The translations under genes and the position numbers were made by a program. The notes beneath the pieces are model-generated. The model was not told where the DNA came from and did not search any database. It saw only the letters and a list, made by a program, of their open reading frames with translations. A stretch of DNA of 64,000 nucleotides, taken from NCBI GenBank assembly GCA_048563625.1, contig JBHNNM010000002.1:5483-69482 (forward strand), given 5' to 3'. Position 1 is the stretch's first letter; each line of letters opens with the position of its first letter. Source of the stretch: Gammaproteobacteria bacterium. Its GTDB lineage: Bacteria; Pseudomonadota; Gammaproteobacteria; GRL18. This document shows positions 1-8,856 of this stretch, piece by piece.

Positions 1-1395
1 CAGCTTCTTTGTGGCATCTGCTACGGCCGTATCGGCTTTTTTGAGATCGGTTTCTTTCTGAATGATCTCCTGTTGTTTGGCGAGCAGGTTACCGAACTGT
101 TCTTCAACACCGGCCAGCCCGCTAATCAGCCATTCATCCCGCCCATTCTCTATGAGATACAGCTCTACAGTCTCCAGAGTTTTCTCTGCGGCAGTCCGTT
201 TTTTCTGTTCCTTGAGCCGGGCCTGCTTGTCTATCTCAATCTTTGCGGCTTCCTTGGCACAGGCATCAGTGCCTTCTGATACAGCCTTTGTCTGTTCCGC
301 AATCTTTTGATCAAGCGAACGGATTTTCTGGATCAACGGGGCAGCCGTTTTCAGCTCCTCTTTGGCTTTTAGGGTGAGCTGTTCGGCAGCTTTGAGGGTC
401 TCAAATTGTGTGTTTGCAGATGTCTCATGCTCAGGAAGTGCAGATTCATCCGTTTTTAAGGAGGTCTGATCGTCAGCCTGCTGTTTACGAAGGGATGTGA
501 GTGTTGCGTATGTTCCGTCCAGTGATGCGGCCTTGGTGGCCTGTTCAAGTTTGGCTTGTTCCGGTTTGAACGCCTCGGTTTCGACCTTCAGCTTTACGGC
601 TTCATCGGTAAGGCTGAGGATCTCCTTTTGAAGGCCCTCAATGGTAGTCAGCCATGTGATGGCTTTGCCTGTTTCAGTTGATTTACCAGCAAGTTCAGTC
701 TCTTGCTTCTGCTTGGCCGCAAGGTCGTCTTGGATTTCCTTTTCCTGTTCCGGATCCAGAATCACAATGCCGGATGTTTCTGCGTTCAGAATGTTTAGCT
801 TTTCCCGCTCATCACGCTGGCGTTCATGAACACGGCGTGAGATTTCTGAATAAATTTCGGTGCCGGTGATCTGCTCGAGTATCTTGGACTTCTGCTCAAC
901 GTCAGCTTTCAGGAAGGTATCGAACCCGCCTTGTGCCAACAGTATGGAGCGGGTGAAACGGTCGAAGTCCATCCCGGTTTTTTCTTCAATGACACCACCG
1001 ACAAGGCTCTTCTTGGTTTCGATAGGCTTGCCCGTATCAGCATCCGCAATCTGGTATTCCTGATCCTGCAGGTTCCCTTCAGCCTTTTTCCGCGCTCGGC
1101 GCTGTTCCCAGTGACAGCGGAATCGACCAGCCTGGGATTCAAACAAAACCTCGGCATAGCATTCACCGGTCAGGCGGGACATTATCTCATTCCCGCTTTT
1201 GGTAATTTTTCCAAGGCGGGGGGTAGCTCCATACAGAGCCAGACAGATGGCATCAAGAATCGTTGATTTGCCCGCACCGGTTGGACCTGTCAGTGCAAAG
1301 ATTCCGTTGGATACATATTCGGGATCGGTGAAGTCTATGACCCATTCGCCATAGAGGGAGTTGAGGTTCTTAAATCGGAGTTCAAGTATCTTCAT
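1..1395 (-). CDS. sbcC: SbcC/Rad50-family exonuclease ATPase subunit, N-terminal ~465 codons (gene continues past window start)
   Basis: Absent from ORF track because no stop lies in the window. Hand translation from ATG 1395-1393 gives MKILELRFKNLNSLYGEWVIDFTDPEYVSNGIFALTGPTGAGKSTILDAICLALYG..., the SbcC N-terminus with Walker A. An E/K/Q/L-rich coiled coil follows. Lies 11 nt downstream of sbcD, as in sbcDC operons. Confidence 0.85.
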   Translation of the reverse strand, partial: MKILELRFKNLNSLYGEWVIDFTDPEYVSNGIFALTGPTGAGKSTILDAICLALYGATPRLGKITKSGNEIMSRLTGECYAEVLFESQAGRFRCHWEQRRARKKAEGNLQDQEYQIADADTGKPIETKKSLVGGVIEEKTGMDFDRFTRSILLAQGGFDTFLKADVEQKSKILEQITGTEIYSEISRRVHERQRDEREKLNILNAETSGIVILDPEQEKEIQDDLAAKQKQETELAGKSTETGKAITWLTTIEGLQKEILSLTDEAVKLKVETEAFKPEQAKLEQATKAASLDGTYATLTSLRKQQADDQTSLKTDESALPEHETSANTQFETLKAAEQLTLKAKEELKTAAPLIQKIRSLDQKIAEQTKAVSEGTDACAKEAAKIEIDKQARLKEQKKRTAAEKTLETVELYLIENGRDEWLISGLAGVEEQFGNLLAKQQEIIQKETDLKKADTAVADATKKL

Positions 1396-1406
1396 AATCA
1401 GCCTCT

Positions 1407-2645
1407 CTATTCCGCGTTCACGTCTTCTTCATGGAGAGACTTGATTATTTCGTTGTAAGAGACCGTTAGTTCCTCACGGTCTTCATTCGGCACTTCAAAG
1501 GCATCCAGACAGCGGGTAAAAACATCCCCGGCATCCAGATCATCGAGAGTTTCATCTTCCACGACCGTACTGATCACCCGGTCCATGACACGCCGGTTTT
1601 TAATCCGTCGGATTTCCATGGCCGAGTCGGCCATAGCTTCATCGAGCATCTCGCGCAGGTTGCCGATGATGTCGCTGCCAGTGTATTCAATCTCAAGCCA
1701 TGCAGAGCTTTCTTCCTTTTTCAGGTCCTCCAGCTTGGCATGGATATCATCCAGCGATCCGACAATGCGAACCAGCTCCTGAAAACAAGGTACGGGGAGC
1801 TCTTGGATATTTGGCGTGGTGCTGTTGAACTCTATGAGCACGACCTTCTTTTCCTGAGTCGCTTCGCCATAGCCCATCGGAATAGGCGAGCCACAGTAGC
1901 GGATATATTCGGTGCTGCCGACCGCCTGAGGAACATGCAGATGCCCAAGGGCCAAATAATCGATTGACGAGGGGAACACCTCCTCACCGACATGTGCCAG
2001 TGATCCCACATAAAGCTCCCGGACACCATCACCGTCAACAGTCTTGCCGCCTGCAGTGAAGAGGTGTCCCATGGCAACGATGGGAATACCTTCATGTCCT
2101 GCGCTTTTGAATTCGGCTCGTTTCTGTTCAGCAATGGCGCAGACATCTGCGTAATGGTTTTTCAACCCTTCAACGAGCTTGGCGTTCTTATCGTCGATGG
2201 TTTCTCCCGGCTCGACCGTGCGGATATCCTTATCGCGTAAATAAGGCACAGCACAGACAATGGCCTCCGGCTTATCATCCGCTTGAAGAACAAATACCTC
2301 ATCCTCCAATTCATCGGTCATGGAGCCGACCACATACACATTCAACACACGCAGCAGCTCTTTCGGTGCATTCAAAAATGACGGCGAATCATGGTTTCCG
2401 GCAACGACCACAACATGACGGCAGCAGGATGCCGCAACCCGGCAAAGGAAGCGATAGTAGAGTTCCTGCGCCCGGTTGCTGGGTGTGCTGGTATCGAACA
2501 CATCACCGGCTACAAGCAGAGCATCAACCTTTTCATCTCCAATGGTCTGGGTCAGCCAATCCAGAAACGCTGAAAACTCCTCATAGCGTTTCCGACCGTA
2601 AAGGGAGCGTCCTAAATGCCAGTCTGATGTGTGGAGGATTTTCAT
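1407..2645 (-). CDS. sbcD: SbcD/Mre11-family nuclease subunit
   Basis: 412 aa. MKILHTSDWHLG, AGDVFD and VVAGNHD calcineurin-type phosphoesterase motifs, collinear with E. coli SbcD as I remember it. Start codon overlaps the upstream stop (ATGA 2642-2645). Confidence 0.9.
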   Translation of the reverse strand: MKILHTSDWHLGRSLYGRKRYEEFSAFLDWLTQTIGDEKVDALLVAGDVFDTSTPSNRAQELYYRFLCRVAASCCRHVVVVAGNHDSPSFLNAPKELLRVLNVYVVGSMTDELEDEVFVLQADDKPEAIVCAVPYLRDKDIRTVEPGETIDDKNAKLVEGLKNHYADVCAIAEQKRAEFKSAGHEGIPIVAMGHLFTAGGKTVDGDGVRELYVGSLAHVGEEVFPSSIDYLALGHLHVPQAVGSTEYIRYCGSPIPMGYGEATQEKKVVLIEFNSTTPNIQELPVPCFQELVRIVGSLDDIHAKLEDLKKEESSAWLEIEYTGSDIIGNLREMLDEAMADSAMEIRRIKNRRVMDRVISTVVEDETLDDLDAGDVFTRCLDAFEVPNEDREELTVSYNEIIKSLHEEDVNAE

Positions 2646-5092
2646 TGAGCCTCCACTGCTGTTTGGGGTTCTACAGCAGGTTCCTCAGTCACGCCGATAC
2701 TTTGAAGTAAGGCCGAATACTGATCAGGGTCCTTTTCCTTGATTTTCCGCAAGATGAAGCTTGCTGTGGTCTTCATCTCTGGAACATCAATAGGTAAAAC
2801 ACTTCGCTCAAATATGCCTGCTAAATGGGAGAACTCATTATTGATACGATCTGTGAGTGATGCGGCTAATGCGTCATCGCCGAAAAAACGCGCCAACTTA
2901 TCATCTTTCTCTACGGCATTGGGGTATTTGTAGTACAAGAATGCCTCAAGAAACTTCCGGGCATTGTTCCCAAAGTTGTAGTAGCAATCATGATTCTCAT
3001 CACACTCGATCTGGGCGTGGGCGCATTTATAAATTTGATGAAACAAGAAATTGAACTCTGTGACGTAGTCCTTCAGGTATCGAGGCATCAATGTAATGTC
3101 ACTGACTTGATCCGTTCGGGTGATAATGAAGTATTGAGATTTGTTTTTGTTCAAAGCACCGGGAAGCCGCTTCAGGTACTTTAAAAAGTCCAAGTTGTGA
3201 GTCGAAATAAAAAGCTGCTTAAAACGATCACGTTCTTTTAACTCTCCGCCATCTTCATATTTCTCAGGCGTTACAATCTCGGCATTGATAAGGCTGTAGA
3301 CAAAAAAGATATGGTTTGCATCCAAGCTGGAAATGGGATCATCAATCCAGATGATCGGCTGATTGCCTTTAGTCTCTATGTCTTCAAGCTTGGCCATGAA
3401 GTAACAGAAAGCTATCAGGCTGCATTCTCCCTCACTGAGGTGGAATGCTTTTTTGTCGTTTCGAGTTACCTCAAACCGGTATGCAGATGACGCATCCCCG
3501 GGGTTTTCTTCAATGGCTTTGAGTGAGAGAGACTGGTGACCGAAGAAATTATTTAGATAGTCGTTTACCCGGTCAGCACCCTTGCTTTCATCTTTTAGCT
3601 GGGCCTTCAGTTCAGCGATCTTTTCTCGTTTTACATCAACTTTTTCTTTTACGGTGTTCTTAGCCTTCTCCGCTTTGCCCATTGCCTCATTCAGCACATC
3701 AATGGCCGTACACTCGTCTCCATATTTAATGTCGTTTATGAATGTATAGACTTCATGGAGGCGGAGAGCCGCACGAGCTTCCGATTGGTCGGCGCTTAGT
3801 GAAGCTGTAAACTGATTTGATTCGTTCCTGAGTTGCTCAAACGAATTCCTAACCGCATTCAAATCTTCTTCAACCGACTCAGGTGCATCAAATTCGAGAG
3901 GTGTAAAAATGTCGTCTTTTCGTTTTTCGACCTGTTCTTTTATGGAGTCCAGGCTCTCACTGTAAGACGTTGATAGGGCTAATAACTGTTCTGCCAGCGA
4001 ATCCAAGTCAGCTGTAAAATTAGAGTAGAAATCCGAGTTCTTGATTTTCAGTAGATTAGGAACTCGGGACCGCTCATGTTCAATCGATCCAAGCAGATTT
4101 TCCAATGCTTGACGAAGCTCTTCGGACTCCTGATTAAAATGCTTGTCCAGCTTCTCCCATAAATCTTCAGGAAGGTCGCTGCCACAAAATGCGCACTTAT
4201 CTCTTTTTTCTTGATGGTGGCCCCGACCAGTCCTCACCCACGTTGCCAGAGCCGCATCATTTAGCAATTCCTGAATTGGATCAGATGCCTGAATCTTTTT
4301 TTCGATTAGCTCTTCAGCCTTTGAAGCGATCGCAGAGTATTGAAGGTTGAAGGATGATGATTCTCGGATCTCCGGTTTGGGTTCTTCTCTGAGGAGGTCA
4401 TGAAACTTACCCACCTGCTCATCAGCAAGCGGCGCATAAGTATCTTGGGTAACAGTAGAGATGTCTGTTTTTATTTTTGGAACATTGTAGTTGGCATCTC
4501 CAAACGATTTATTGTGCTTAATTCCAGAGCCTGCCTTATTGGCTTTGTCGCGTAACTTTCCCTCCAATTCTGACAATTTATCGCCATGGGCATTTCGGGC
4601 TTCTTTGAAATTTTCTTCAGCCCCGAGGAGCTCTCCCAGCAGTCCAGACTTGTCCTCTTCGTTCCCGAGTTCGGCTTCATGCTTTTCGATTTCTTGCTCA
4701 AGCTTTGTGTTGTCTTCACCCAAGATAGCGAATGAATTGATGGTCTGTTCGTCATCAACAATGAAACGCAGGTTGTCCCGGACAAAGTCCTCATTGAAAA
4801 CCCGAACGACCTGGCCATGATTGCTTAATGAATTTTGCGAGGCAGTGCTGCCGCCATCAAAAGCCAATTGAAACTCAGGTGAACTATATTTGTCTGAGAT
4901 CGAACCGGTTTCAAGAGCTCTGAAAATCCGCGAGAGCGTTGTTTTACCGGAGTAGTTCCGGCCATAAAGGATGTTGATCTTCTTAAATTCAGCGATGTTG
5001 TTGCCACCATCCCGCAGAGATGATGACCATCGGAAGTCCTGAAAAACCGCCATGTTTTTAATCGAGTCAATTTTCTTTATCTCGCCGCTCAT
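2642..5092 (-). CDS. rloC: RloC-like AAA_13 ATPase fused to a PrrC/RloC-type anticodon nuclease domain
   Basis: 816 aa. P-loop YGRNYSGKTT; long coiled-coil insert carrying a CxxC loop (CAFCGSDLPEDLW) like the RloC zinc hook. Walker B IIWIDDPISSLD and H-loop ISTHNLDF. C-terminal region has R-x3-E (ARKFLEAF) and a downstream His (EFSHLAG), as in the PrrC/RloC catalytic triad. Confidence 0.65.
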   Translation of the reverse strand: MSGEIKKIDSIKNMAVFQDFRWSSSLRDGGNNIAEFKKINILYGRNYSGKTTLSRIFRALETGSISDKYSSPEFQLAFDGGSTASQNSLSNHGQVVRVFNEDFVRDNLRFIVDDEQTINSFAILGEDNTKLEQEIEKHEAELGNEEDKSGLLGELLGAEENFKEARNAHGDKLSELEGKLRDKANKAGSGIKHNKSFGDANYNVPKIKTDISTVTQDTYAPLADEQVGKFHDLLREEPKPEIRESSSFNLQYSAIASKAEELIEKKIQASDPIQELLNDAALATWVRTGRGHHQEKRDKCAFCGSDLPEDLWEKLDKHFNQESEELRQALENLLGSIEHERSRVPNLLKIKNSDFYSNFTADLDSLAEQLLALSTSYSESLDSIKEQVEKRKDDIFTPLEFDAPESVEEDLNAVRNSFEQLRNESNQFTASLSADQSEARAALRLHEVYTFINDIKYGDECTAIDVLNEAMGKAEKAKNTVKEKVDVKREKIAELKAQLKDESKGADRVNDYLNNFFGHQSLSLKAIEENPGDASSAYRFEVTRNDKKAFHLSEGECSLIAFCYFMAKLEDIETKGNQPIIWIDDPISSLDANHIFFVYSLINAEIVTPEKYEDGGELKERDRFKQLFISTHNLDFLKYLKRLPGALNKNKSQYFIITRTDQVSDITLMPRYLKDYVTEFNFLFHQIYKCAHAQIECDENHDCYYNFGNNARKFLEAFLYYKYPNAVEKDDKLARFFGDDALAASLTDRINNEFSHLAGIFERSVLPIDVPEMKTTASFILRKIKEKDPDQYSALLQSIGVTEEPAVEPQTAVEAQ

Positions 5093-5204
5093 CCCTATTT
5101 GGCCCCCTGATATTTTTTAAAGTTTTCAGCCCGCTCGGCGATCTCTATGGCATGGAGAGGCTTTCCAGCGTCCTTCAATATCTGTATGGCTGCGTCTTGA
5201 ACGT

Positions 5205-7148
5205 TCATCCTTCGTCCTCCAGCCAGTCCATTGGAATGAGCTTAGTTTTTCCATCCCACCATTTTCCCCTGACGAGATCTTGAAACCAATCCTCTTGAAT
5301 ATCTGCATGCTCAGTAATTACAACCTGAAAATTATGTGTTTCAGCAACGACAAGCTGGAACATTTTAATCACAGACTGTCGATCTGGATTCCCTGTATCT
5401 GTTTCATTCTTCACTGTTTCAGCAGAGGCGTCCGGAGGAAAATATGCTTGAGATGGTTGATCCAAGAATAAGAATTGCGGAACAGGCCTGGATTTCTTAA
5501 CAAACCAATTATGTAAAGAAAGGTGAGTCACCAAGTGCAGGCCGACCCAAGTTTCACCACTACCCATCTTTGGCATGGGAATAGGACCATCTTCGGTATC
5601 GGCAACCACTGTTAGTTTTTTTAGGTCGAGTCGCATCGGAGAGTCGGAATGTTCAATACCGAGGCGTTGAGCCAAAGTTGTGATTTTTGATGAGATTACA
5701 GATAAAGCGGAGCTGATTCTTTCGGTAAGAGCATCGTCATCAAGCTCTTCTTCAAGTTTAAGAATTTGCTGCTTTAGCGTATCTGACTCTTTGATTTCAG
5801 AGGAAAAATCAACTTCGCCTTCGGGCATATGCTCCAGATACAAACTCAAACGACCTTTAACCATCGCGGCTCTTGCATTTTGGTCTCTGAATGCGGAAAG
5901 GCGTTCGTTTGTTTTTTGAAGTGAAATGATTGATGTTTTAACCTCAGCCATTTCAATTCTTATTTGATCACATACTTCCGAGGCAGCTTGGATTAATTTA
6001 TCAAGATGAGGGGTTTCATTTGTTACTGCTTCAAGCTGATGTTTAGTTGATGGAAGGGACGCTTTTATGGCACCGACTGCAGGTATTTCATCCTGTAGAG
6101 CCGATGAACACAACGGGCAGGTATTCCCTTCAACATCTGATGAAAATAATCCGATGGATTCCAGACGAGCGTTTTGCTCTTTAAGCTCAGCTCCGTAACC
6201 ACCCGAAGTTTTTTTGAGATTGATATACGAACTCAACTCTTCTGAAGCAGCTCTGTACTTACTCCGTAAAACGTGCTGTTTATCAAACAGTTTATTCAGT
6301 AAGGTTTCGTCTGGATCACCAGCCTGACTTTCAATTTTTTTCGAGAGAGCCTCTTTCAGAATGCTGCCAATTGCCTGCCAGGTTTCTGGGAGGGCTACGC
6401 CCTGCTGAATTAAACCAACATCCTTGGCTTCATTGATGAGGGCGTAAGCTTGCTCAAAATTGTTTCCACGAAGCCGCTCGTTTTCCGAAATCTTTCCCTC
6501 TAAAACTTTTAGCTTACGTTTTAGCTTCCTAAGCTCCTCCTTTCCCTGAATGTAGTCATCTGTGATGGCTCCAAGAAAAAAGGGCAGATAGTCTTTTATG
6601 CTTTGGGGTATGAAAGGCTCACCTTGTCGATGAAACAGAAATTTCTGATCATCCACCTCGCTCTGTTCTTGGAAGCAGTAGAAGAGCGCTTTGCCGATAT
6701 CTGCATTTCCAGTTTTTCGGGTTTGTCCGGGTTTAGGTTCATGAGAGTAATCAGCAATTCCTAAGGATTGCGAGAGCAGTATGTTAAGAGTCTCTAAGTT
6801 GGCATTCTTAACCAGTGCTTCAGCCTCAGGCAAAACAATGTCTGAACCACGTTCAAAGTAAATATCCTCGCTTGACTCTTTTCCTGCTTCCGGGTTTTTT
6901 CGTGCAATGAATATTTCCCCCGTTGATGTCTGCAATTTGATTGCATACCAAGAAACGTTCTTTCTGATGACACCTGCTGGCACATTGCATTCTTTTCTAC
7001 CAAAACAATAGTCAACGATGTGGATAAGAGCTGATTTACCGGTCTTTGACTGTCCCGTGATAACATTTACACAGTTAGGCTTCAGCTCTATTGAGCGCTT
7101 TTCGTTATTTATGCCATAAACGACAATATTTATTATTTGAAAAATCAT
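5205..7148 (-). CDS. ABC-3C system ABC ATPase (DUF3732-like, coiled-coil insert)
   Basis: Track ORF is 5205..7235. I place the start at ATG 7148 (MIFQIINIVVYGINNEKRSIELKPNCVNVITGQSKTGKSALIHIVDYCFG) because it forms an ATGA overlap with the upstream stop. P-loop, ~350-aa coiled coil, Walker B FLFLDQPSQAYF, H-loop VVITEHAD. Confidence 0.7.
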   Translation of the reverse strand: MIFQIINIVVYGINNEKRSIELKPNCVNVITGQSKTGKSALIHIVDYCFGRKECNVPAGVIRKNVSWYAIKLQTSTGEIFIARKNPEAGKESSEDIYFERGSDIVLPEAEALVKNANLETLNILLSQSLGIADYSHEPKPGQTRKTGNADIGKALFYCFQEQSEVDDQKFLFHRQGEPFIPQSIKDYLPFFLGAITDDYIQGKEELRKLKRKLKVLEGKISENERLRGNNFEQAYALINEAKDVGLIQQGVALPETWQAIGSILKEALSKKIESQAGDPDETLLNKLFDKQHVLRSKYRAASEELSSYINLKKTSGGYGAELKEQNARLESIGLFSSDVEGNTCPLCSSALQDEIPAVGAIKASLPSTKHQLEAVTNETPHLDKLIQAASEVCDQIRIEMAEVKTSIISLQKTNERLSAFRDQNARAAMVKGRLSLYLEHMPEGEVDFSSEIKESDTLKQQILKLEEELDDDALTERISSALSVISSKITTLAQRLGIEHSDSPMRLDLKKLTVVADTEDGPIPMPKMGSGETWVGLHLVTHLSLHNWFVKKSRPVPQFLFLDQPSQAYFPPDASAETVKNETDTGNPDRQSVIKMFQLVVAETHNFQVVITEHADIQEDWFQDLVRGKWWDGKTKLIPMDWLEDEG

Positions 7149-7642
7149 GGTTGAACTCCCAGTAAAGCCATTGCTGTTTTTAGATCTCCAATCGTCGAGA
7201 ACCATTTTCCACACAACTTCGCAGCCCGAACACAATCGCTGACCTCTGCTGTAGAATTTGGTACTGAAAGCTTTGTATCACTGGGGATCACTATCATTCC
7301 GTTTGGGTTAATTGATAACCGGTCGTTTTTCAGGGAAAAAAGCAAAGCATCCTTCGCGTAGGGAGCTATATTTTTAGCCCGATCAGCAAATCCTACCTTG
7401 ATTGCCGCATTCTCCTCTTTGGTAATCCATGCTGAGAAAGCAGTCCTTGAACTGCGGGGTAGCTTCATCCTTGTTTGAGGGTGCAGAATGAGTGGGAGCA
7501 ATATGAACGGTAACGCATATGGCGCTTCGCATTCATCGTCTTTTTTAAACTCCAAGAGAGCCGTACAAACAAGTAATGAGGTGAATGCAGGATTAAACAG
7601 AGCGGCAACCTCAGGTGATCGTTTTTCCCAACTTCTTAACAT
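7145..7642 (-). CDS. ABC-3C middle component (no recognisable catalytic motif)
   Basis: 165-aa ORF wedged between the effector and the ATPase, with 7-nt and 4-nt overlaps. Size and position match the middle component of ABC-three-component systems. Confidence 0.55.
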   Translation of the reverse strand: MLRSWEKRSPEVAALFNPAFTSLLVCTALLEFKKDDECEAPYALPFILLPLILHPQTRMKLPRSSRTAFSAWITKEENAAIKVGFADRAKNIAPYAKDALLFSLKNDRLSINPNGMIVIPSDTKLSVPNSTAEVSDCVRAAKLCGKWFSTIGDLKTAMALLGVQP

Positions 7643-8835
7643 TGGTCATCCTCCGCTTCGTTTGATAACCTATCTTTAAACTGAGGATGCCAGCCAACCT
7701 TAAGTTGGTTGGCCAATATTTGATAAGACCCCCTTGTAATGAATGAATCGGTACAAGATCTCCTGATTGGGATGTCCGCCTTATGCTCAACCCATTCAAA
7801 GACTTTTTTGCCTGAAGAAATCAGCTCATCTTCACACGCAGGGTCAACGATATCATCCTGTATCTGATCAAAAAGTATCGACCACTCTTCTGTTAAGGTG
7901 TCGTCGTATTTTTCCAATTCACTATTGATTAAGAGCTCCTCTCGAACCCAACGGGATCGTTGTTCAGAAGCCATATAGAAGTATTTGGCGGCTCTGGTTA
8001 ACCTTGAGCTGCTAACTGCAATCAAATGCAATTGCTTTGAAAATATCCAGTCCGTGAATGGTTCCAAATCCGGATTTGCGGCTTTGACATCGGGGTGAAT
8101 CGGAAGTGAGTCAGACTTAAACTGTTCACGAAGCAATTCTAAACGCGAATCAAATTCAGCACCGGTGATCGGTTTCGATTGCGAACAGCTTAAGCCATTA
8201 ACAACCTGCGTAATCCACCAGCCTTCAAGGTACTCAAGGAAGTTTGTCAATTGGTTGCGAGGGCAAAAGCCCCAGAGAGCATCTTCCAAGTGTTTCTGTA
8301 GATCCTCGCTTAAAGGGCAGTTGTCGAGTATATAAACAGACTCAAGGAGAGAAACACGGTCTTCAGGCGTTAGCCCCATGAATTTAGCGTAAGCCTCCTT
8401 GTTTGTATCATTTGTCGATGTCTGGGCTGTCTGAAGCAGGATTTTTTCTGCCTCAGTAATATCCCGGTTTTCACTTCTCAAGTGAATCGCAGCAGAATTC
8501 TGGGCCGCCGACTCCGTTGTCATGAGGCAAAGGATTGAGCATTCTTTTGTCACATTCTCTTTGTATAGGTCGACCCATATCCTCATTGTTTTCCATAGGT
8601 CGGTACTCGCATCAGTCAGATTGGCTTTGCGAGAAATATGGTGTTTGACCTGAATAACGTCTGTGGGCGTTCCATCTTTTTCAAAAACCACATCATCAAG
8701 GGTTTCAATGGCAACGGCGATATTAGGATCACTTTTCAGCCTCTTTAACGTTTCCAACGAGGCAAGACGACACTGGTAGATATAGCCCAGCAGCGATGCT
8801 GAAGCTGAATACTGAGTTCTATCTGTAGCTTCCAT
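7636..8835 (-). CDS. ABC-3C effector: N-terminal Cap4/DUF4297-type (restriction-endonuclease-fold) nuclease domain plus C-terminal ABC-3C-type domain
   Basis: 399 aa. SLLGYIYQCRLA ... IETLDDVVFEK ... VIQVKHH matches the D..(D/E)xK-type pattern of DUF4297/Cap4 dsDNA nucleases. First gene of the three-gene unit. Confidence 0.6.
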   Translation of the reverse strand: MEATDRTQYSASASLLGYIYQCRLASLETLKRLKSDPNIAVAIETLDDVVFEKDGTPTDVIQVKHHISRKANLTDASTDLWKTMRIWVDLYKENVTKECSILCLMTTESAAQNSAAIHLRSENRDITEAEKILLQTAQTSTNDTNKEAYAKFMGLTPEDRVSLLESVYILDNCPLSEDLQKHLEDALWGFCPRNQLTNFLEYLEGWWITQVVNGLSCSQSKPITGAEFDSRLELLREQFKSDSLPIHPDVKAANPDLEPFTDWIFSKQLHLIAVSSSRLTRAAKYFYMASEQRSRWVREELLINSELEKYDDTLTEEWSILFDQIQDDIVDPACEDELISSGKKVFEWVEHKADIPIRRSCTDSFITRGSYQILANQLKVGWHPQFKDRLSNEAEDDQC

Positions 8836-8856
8836 GTGCGGTCTCCATTATTGTGT

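Noticed and set aside
5126-5308. 60-aa minus-strand ORF in the RloC/ABC-3C gap
   Set aside because: It overlaps the 3' end of the ABC ATPase gene in another frame and has no SD or motif, so it is likely spurious.
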